Below, in pieces: positions 63,482 through 64,000 of a DNA stretch of 64,000 nt. The notes under the pieces are model-generated. The model searched no databases. It saw only the letters and a list, made by a program, of their open reading frames with translations, and was not told where the DNA came from. The position numbers and the translations under genes were made by a program. Positions within the stretch are counted from its first letter, which is position 1; each line of letters opens with the position of its first letter. Source of the stretch: a virus (taxonomy: Duplodnaviria; Caudoviricetes); the IMG/VR virus record IMGVR_UViG_3300046170_000302; one strand, given 5' to 3'.

Positions 63482-64000
63482 AGGCACCTCTTTTTGAATA
63501 TCCTACCTATCAATATCAAATTAAGGATTGGGATTTTAAGAAGAAAGGATTGCTGAAGAGGTTAAAGGGAGGAGAAGTTTATTAGAACTGACCTCCAAAC
63601 CTTTGAGACTGATAGACAGACTAACAAGAAATCTTATCTTCATTACTTCCAAGACTTAATCAAGGATGAGTTGTGGGAGTTTGTTCAGGAAGCACAAGTC
63701 ACCTGTAGTATGACTGATGTATGGGCAGTTCGTTATCAAAAAGGAGACCAGCAAACAATTCATAACCATAAGAGTTGGGGATTTACTGGTATTCTTTATG
63801 TTGACTTTTGACCCTAAAGTTCATACTCCCACTTGTTTTGTGGCTCCGTGGCAAGACCCAAGAACTGATACTACATCACTTAGCATATCCACAGAATGTA
63901 AAAGGAGGGAACAATCTTTATCTCTCCATCATATACCTTACACTTTGTCCATCCTAATCAGGTAAGAAAACACAGAACTATTATATCTTTTGACTTACTT
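63478..64000 (+). CDS. 2OG-Fe(II) oxygenase (TIGR02466-like), frameshifted and running off the window
   Basis: Across frames: DVWAVRYQKGD...HNHKSWGFTGILYV, LHFVHPNQ...RTIISFD. Confidence 0.6.

Noticed and set aside
1-64000. tRNA, rRNA, homing endonuclease or transposase genes
   Set aside because: No cloverleaf, rRNA segment or HNH/GIY-YIG/LAGLIDADG/DDE motif recognised by eye; intergenic gaps are mostly too short. tRNAscan-SE was not run.

Overview
A 64-kb segment of a T4-like cyanophage (cyanomyovirus) genome. It is gene-dense, almost all on the + strand, and I found no rRNA, tRNA, CRISPR array or mobile element. 1-7.6 kb: small conserved ORFs, a promoter-to-terminator unit with two glnA-riboswitch-like motifs upstream of a DUF4278-like gene, then thyX, phoH, an exonuclease, gp33, gp59 and gp32. 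7.7-27 kb: baseplate/tail module (gp53, gp48, gp2, gp4 on the minus strand; gp54-like, gp26, gp51, two tape-measure-like proteins with cell-wall hydrolase domains, a hub protein, split gp5). 27-62 kb: a large array of virion fibre and adhesin genes (glycine-rich proteins, two paralogous LamG/SPRY fibres, small adaptor-like proteins), with several 2OG-Fe(II) oxygenases among and after them. More than 20 genes are broken or fused; in the cases I resolved base by base, deleting one base restores the expected frame, which points to sequencing error rather than pseudogenes. Strongest leads: (1) a tandem glnA-like RNA motif whose second unit encloses a whole small ORF; (2) a probable -1 frameshift site joining gp26 and gp51 just upstream of a tape-measure-like gene; (3) exact 22-39 nt identity boxes at the domain borders of diverged fibre paralogs, plus a repeated stalk-adaptor-tip cassette layout with its own late promoters, suggesting modular receptor-binding-protein shuffling. 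All family assignments come from recognising motifs and synteny, not from database searches.
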